Positions 60,447 to 64,000 of a stretch of 64,000 bases of DNA are shown here, piece by piece. The DNA is taken from IMG/VR virus record IMGVR_UViG_3300028859_000015. One strand, given 5' to 3'. The DNA comes from a virus. Its lineage: Duplodnaviria; Heunggongvirae; Uroviricota; Caudoviricetes. Both the position numbers and the translations under genes were made by a program. Within the stretch, counting starts at the first letter, position 1, and every line of letters begins with the position of its first letter. The notes below the pieces were generated by a model. That model was not told the DNA's origin. It made no database searches and worked only from the letters and a program-made list of their open reading frames with translations.

Positions 60447-60649
60447 GGTATTACTCCCATATAGAATACTACTGTGCTACATTCAAAGGTATGTAGCGAA
60501 CCTATGTGTTTGTTGCCAGTGTACAAAATAAAAACCAGATAAGAAAATAACAAACTGGATTGATTAGCATTGGTTAGTCTTTGATAGACCTTCGTTGCTT
60601 TCCAGTTTGTTATTTGCCATCGGCTCATCATCATATATACCCGCAAATC

Positions 60650-61210
60650 TTACATGTCCATCCGATTATGGCATTATTTGTGCTTATACTTTAACCATTC
60701 ATAATTAATCCTTCATACGAACTTATATTAAACACTCATATGAACTTATATAAACTAAACATATTAATCATTCATGAGAAACTTGGCATGTTTTATGCTT
60801 ATAGTTAAATGGTTTATACTTATTGTTAGTATGAATTAGTATTAAACATTCATATAAACTTATACTAACAAGATATATTAGTTCATATTAACCTGCCATA
60901 TTAACTCATATGTCTTGTTAGTATAAACCCATATAAAAGTGCCATATTTTCTCATATATATTATTCATGAAAAAGTTGGCACGATTTTTGCCCCGGCTTA
61001 TATGAATGATATATCTTACATTATGAAACCTATGAATGGCTAATAGGTGATTGGCAATAAATATTCGTGTGATAAATTTTTTTCCAATTTTTTGAAATTA
61101 TTTTTTTAGTTTTTCCAATTTTTTGAAATTGCTTTTCTAAATTTTTGAACTTGTTTTTCTAATTTTTCCTAAAATTTTCTAATTCTTTCTCTAATTCATT
61201 AACTTTATTT
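60650..61210. repeat. repeat-rich non-coding block
   Basis: Multiple TCATATGAAC-like units. ATTCATGA-AAA-TTGGCA-G occurs twice. TTTTCCAATTTTTTGAAATT occurs twice. No ORF of 60 aa or more. Confidence 0.6.
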
Positions 61211-61357
61211 ACTGCTATCACATAATTCATATACACTTTTCCAAGTATAATTAGTAGCTTTCTTTCTTGTGGTCAGAAACATCAACTGGTAAGGGCACAA
61301 TCTCCATAAAATTATCCTAAAATATCTCAAATTTATTAATGGTTTGGTGGCCAGTCT

Positions 61358-61633
61358 TTATATAACCCTGCCAATATCTCTCAAATATTCTATTTCTTTG
61401 TCAGATATCTCAATTATCTCAAACTCATTCTTACAAATTTTAATATAATATTCAGAACCATATAAATTACAATAACCATTATTTAAGACATTAATAGCTT
61501 CTTCCATAGTTTTAAGACACATAAAATTATATGAATTATGAGTTAACGTGACATAACAAACAGAATCTTTTGGAGTTTCTGTTAATATAGGTCTAATATA
61601 TTCTCCGGTTGGTATATGTAATATCTTATACAT
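61358..61633 (-). CDS. HIPTG/EFEIIEI family member
   Basis: MYKILHIPTGEYIRP ... NEFEIIEISDKE... Confidence 0.6.
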   Translation of the reverse strand: MYKILHIPTGEYIRPILTETPKDSVCYVTLTHNSYNFMCLKTMEEAINVLNNGYCNLYGSEYYIKICKNEFEIIEISDKEIEYLRDIGRVI

Positions 61634-61886
61634 TCTTATCTTCTATCTCTATTATCTCAAATTCATTTTCACAAATATCAGTTATCCATGAAGGTTTATC
61701 ATTAATACGAACTGTAATACCATTAAGTTTTCTAACATATTTTAGAATTCTAGCTAAACAATATTCAGCATCAAGTATATCAGGATAAGTTTGAACCATA
61801 TATAAAGGAAAATCAGCAAATACAGGACTAGATAGTATACCAGAATAATAAGTACCGGTAGGAATATGTAATATTAAATATCTCAT
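61626..61886 (-). CDS. HIPTG/EFEIIEI family member
   Basis: MRYLILHIPTGTYYSG ... ENEFEIIEIEDKNV. Confidence 0.6.
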   Translation of the reverse strand: MRYLILHIPTGTYYSGILSSPVFADFPLYMVQTYPDILDAEYCLARILKYVRKLNGITVRINDKPSWITDICENEFEIIEIEDKNV

Positions 61887-62117
61887 TTTATTTCTATTAT
61901 CTCAAATTCATTTTCACAAGACACTTCAAAACAGCCCTGATTATTAATATAGATATATTGATTTTTTATACTGTTAGTTGTAAGCTCTTCAACCTTTCTG
62001 ATATTAATCATATTGGCCGTATTTTTATCATTAGAAAATACGGCAATATTATACAAAAAAAATATCCGTTTCAGCATTATACCAAGTACCGGTTAATATA
62101 TGAAAAATATAATACAT
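61883..62117 (-). pseudogene. HIPTG/EFEIIEI family copy frameshifted at a T8/A8 homopolymer
   Basis: Frame A: MYYIFHILTGTWYNAETDIFFV*. Frame B (track ORF 61883..62077): ...IFFLYNIAVF...CENEFEIIEIK. The switch occurs at the a8 run at 62054..62061. Confidence 0.5.
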
Positions 62118-62125
62118 CTAATCTC

Positions 62126-62371
62126 CTATATCTTTATTTCTATTATAGCCAATTCATTTTCTAATATCAGCATAGTCTCTAATGTATCATTAATAAGAAA
62201 ATATGCCGGATTATTTTTACAGTAATTCAATATACTACTTATTTTAAATATACTATCTTTATTATTTTTAAACTCTTTACTATAGTCATACCTATCACTA
62301 AAAGTAGGAATATCTATAGCGCCCATAAATGTATAATAGCTACCTGTCGGAATATGTAATATCTTATACAT
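62126..62371 (-). CDS. HIPTG/EFEIIEI family member
   Basis: MYKILHIPTGSYYTF ... ENELAIIEIKI. Confidence 0.6.
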   Translation of the reverse strand: MYKILHIPTGSYYTFMGAIDIPTFSDRYDYSKEFKNNKDSIFKISSILNYCKNNPAYFLINDTLETMLILENELAIIEIKI

Positions 62372-62630
62372 TATTGTCTTCTATCCTCTTGTATTCTATC
62401 TCTATTACTTCAAATTCATCTCTATCTGGTATCCTATAACTATCCTCAAAACGTACTTCAGTATGTAACATATGAAGTAAATAGCTAGTAGCTTTCTCTA
62501 AAGTAATAAAGGAACTTGACAAACCAATATAGGAGGTAGTAAATATCAAATGACCAGCAAAACCTCTAACTTCTCCAATATAAGTTCCGCTTAATAAATG
62601 TAGTATTTTATATCTAATCCCATCTCTCAT
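62364..62630 (-). CDS. HIPTG/EFEIIEI family member
   Basis: RYKILHLLSGTYIGE ... DEFEVIEIEYK. Confidence 0.55.
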   Translation of the reverse strand: MRDGIRYKILHLLSGTYIGEVRGFAGHLIFTTSYIGLSSSFITLEKATSYLLHMLHTEVRFEDSYRIPDRDEFEVIEIEYKRIEDNNV

Positions 62631-62907
62631 CTATTATTTCAAACTCATTAAAGTTAACATAGATTATATTAATAGTTTGTGTTTGTTTATAGTTTGGACT
62701 TATATTTATTTGTGATACCCCTAATAACTTTTTTAGGTCATTATAGGCGGATTCATAAGAGGTAAAATATTTAGCCCATTCAAAGTCTACAAATAAAAGT
62801 AAATGATTTATTACATGTGTAGAGCTATAATAAAATTGTCCTGATGGTATGTGTTTTATTTTATAATTCATATTAAGATATGGCATAGAAATAGAGAATG
62901 TTTTCAT
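62614..62907 (-). CDS. HIPTG/EFEIIEI family member
   Basis: YKIKHIPSGQFYY ... NEFEIIDERWD. Confidence 0.55.
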   Translation of the reverse strand: MKTFSISMPYLNMNYKIKHIPSGQFYYSSTHVINHLLLFVDFEWAKYFTSYESAYNDLKKLLGVSQINISPNYKQTQTINIIYVNFNEFEIIDERWD

Positions 62908-62952
62908 ATTAATTTCCAGATATAACTTAATTTCTGGATTCTTTATAATAAA

Positions 62953-63126
62953 ATACTAACTAATTTCTATTACCTCATAATTACTAGAAAACTCTGGGCA
63001 TTGTATTGTTATCCAGCCAATCATACTTTCTGCCGTTTGCTTCCTAGAAAATATCCAACGCTCATGAATACTATTAGGAACATATTCTCCAGATATTACG
63101 TTAAGAATAACATATTGTTTAGCCAT
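62953..63126 (-). CDS. HIPTG/EFEIIEI family member (57 aa, below track cutoff)
   Basis: MAKQYVILNVISGEYV ... NYEVIEIS. Confidence 0.45.
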
Positions 63127-63313
63127 TTACTAAATTCCATGAATCCCTACTTATATTAATATCTACTTTAATTGCCTCATATTTATCTTCGCCATATAAT
63201 AAATTAGCAAATGAAGCATATCTGTAAGCTGCTCTTTCTGTTTGCCAGTACCATTTAATACACACATCTGCTGGAACATATTGGCCCTCTAAAATACTCA
63301 GCACAGCATACAT
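63119..63313 (-). CDS. divergent family-like small protein
   Basis: SD GAAGGGG. MYAVLSILEGQYV... The track ORF extends to 63421, but that would overlap the plus-strand gene; an internal Met with a good SD is more likely. Confidence 0.4.
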   Translation of the reverse strand: MYAVLSILEGQYVPADVCIKWYWQTERAAYRYASFANLLYGEDKYEAIKVDINISRDSWNLVNG

Positions 63314-63371
63314 AATGTCTACCCCTTCTATCATCCACATATAGAATATCGGCAAAACCTCAATTAAATGT

Positions 63372-64000
63372 ATGAGAGAACGCCTAGAACTAGCTGAAAT
63401 TTTACTGTCTGAGTCTGGCAATAAACCTACTGCCAGGGTATGGTATTATAGAATGGATAATGAACCATTAGTTAAAAAGATTATAAAATTTCCTATTAAC
63501 TATGCCGAAATAGAGGTCAGGAAATTTTTACGTAATAGTGGTATAACATATCCTATTACATTATGGCCAGGATTTAGTAAAGAACCTCCAATAATACATA
63601 AGAATATAACAGAAGATATAGAAATACTAGATGAAGAGACTAAATGGCCGGAAATTAATGAGGTATATGAAAGAATACCAAAACATGATATAGAAAATTG
63701 GTTTATTAGATTCACTAAGGGTGATAGATTTGGGATGAATTATAATGCCACTCAAAGAGGACATTTCGATCCAGTTGGTATATATGCCTATCCATTAAAT
63801 TGGTTTTATAATAAAATGAAGGGTAGTTATTACGGAACTGATAGGCCAGGAGTTTATGTATTTAGAGTAGATTTAAATGCTCCTGGTGTTTATTTTGCTA
63901 ATGCTATTCCTAATAACTTATTAAACTTATTAAAAGCAAGTTTATTACATTACGGTAAGACATTAAAAAACGGATACTATACTTCTGCCCTAGAAAGATG
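63372..64000 (+). CDS. hypothetical protein, 5' partial in window (more than 209 aa, no stop before window end)
   Basis: Open frame with no stop across more than 630 nt of about 27% GC DNA: MRERLELAEILLSESGNKPTARVWYYRMDNEPL... Not listed in the ORF track. Confidence 0.5.
   Translation, partial: MRERLELAEILLSESGNKPTARVWYYRMDNEPLVKKIIKFPINYAEIEVRKFLRNSGITYPITLWPGFSKEPPIIHKNITEDIEILDEETKWPEINEVYERIPKHDIENWFIRFTKGDRFGMNYNATQRGHFDPVGIYAYPLNWFYNKMKGSYYGTDRPGVYVFRVDLNAPGVYFANAIPNNLLNLLKASLLHYGKTLKNGYYTSALER

Noticed and set aside
1-64000. Giant eukaryotic virus (Mimivirus-like) origin suggested by AT-richness, paralog arrays and a translation factor.
   Set aside because: Genes carry clear Shine-Dalgarno sites, ATGA/TAATG overlaps, rho-independent terminators and bacterial-type proteins (IF-3, OmpA, RlpA, SPFH lipoprotein). 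This indicates prokaryotic expression.

Overview
This is a 64-kb, very AT-rich (~27-30% GC), tightly packed window. Nearly every gene is short and on the minus strand, with Shine-Dalgarno sites and frequent stop/start overlaps. That organisation is typical of an accessory (non-structural) region of a large phage. I see no capsid, tail or terminase genes here, and the 522-aa ATPase at 54780..56342 reads as a helicase rather than a terminase.

Recognisable genes:
- MoxR/CobS-like AAA+ ATPase; its likely HExxH+vWA partner is 4 kb away across a gene array.
- HNH and Vsr-like free-standing endonucleases on the plus strand.
- dCMP deaminase, ThyX, Nudix hydrolase, a small radical-SAM protein.
- Metallophosphoesterase adjacent to an Rnl2-type RNA ligase (putative RNA-repair pair).
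- Classic-clade AAA+ ATPase, S24 peptidase domain, J-domain protein, SF2 DEAD-motif helicase, glycosyltransferase.
- Bacterial-type genes: translation initiation factor IF-3, an OmpA-C-like secreted protein, an RlpA-like DPBB lipoprotein, and an SPFH/band-7 lipoprotein with a small membrane partner.

Most striking features:
1. At least 33 paralogous small proteins (57-100 aa) in four arrays. Their 5' end (MYKILHIPTGEY) and 3' end (NEFEIIEIED) are conserved even at the nucleotide level, while the cores are hypervariable. Three copies are visibly decaying: a frameshift, an in-frame TGA at a conserved Gly, and a T8-tract frameshift.
2. Ten small genes built from 12-nt tandem repeats, giving (x-N-Q-V)n proteins with an invariant ATGCTTAAATCAGTAAG start. 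They punctuate a 49.5-60.5 kb region whose intervening cargo genes have foreign, much higher GC.
3. A roughly 55-nt structured element present twice, with compensatory base-pair changes.
4. A candidate tRNA-Leu(UAA) followed by a strong terminator.
5. Iteron-like tandem repeats and a 900-bp repeat-rich non-coding block.

All calls are from reading the sequence and translations by eye. No database search was run.
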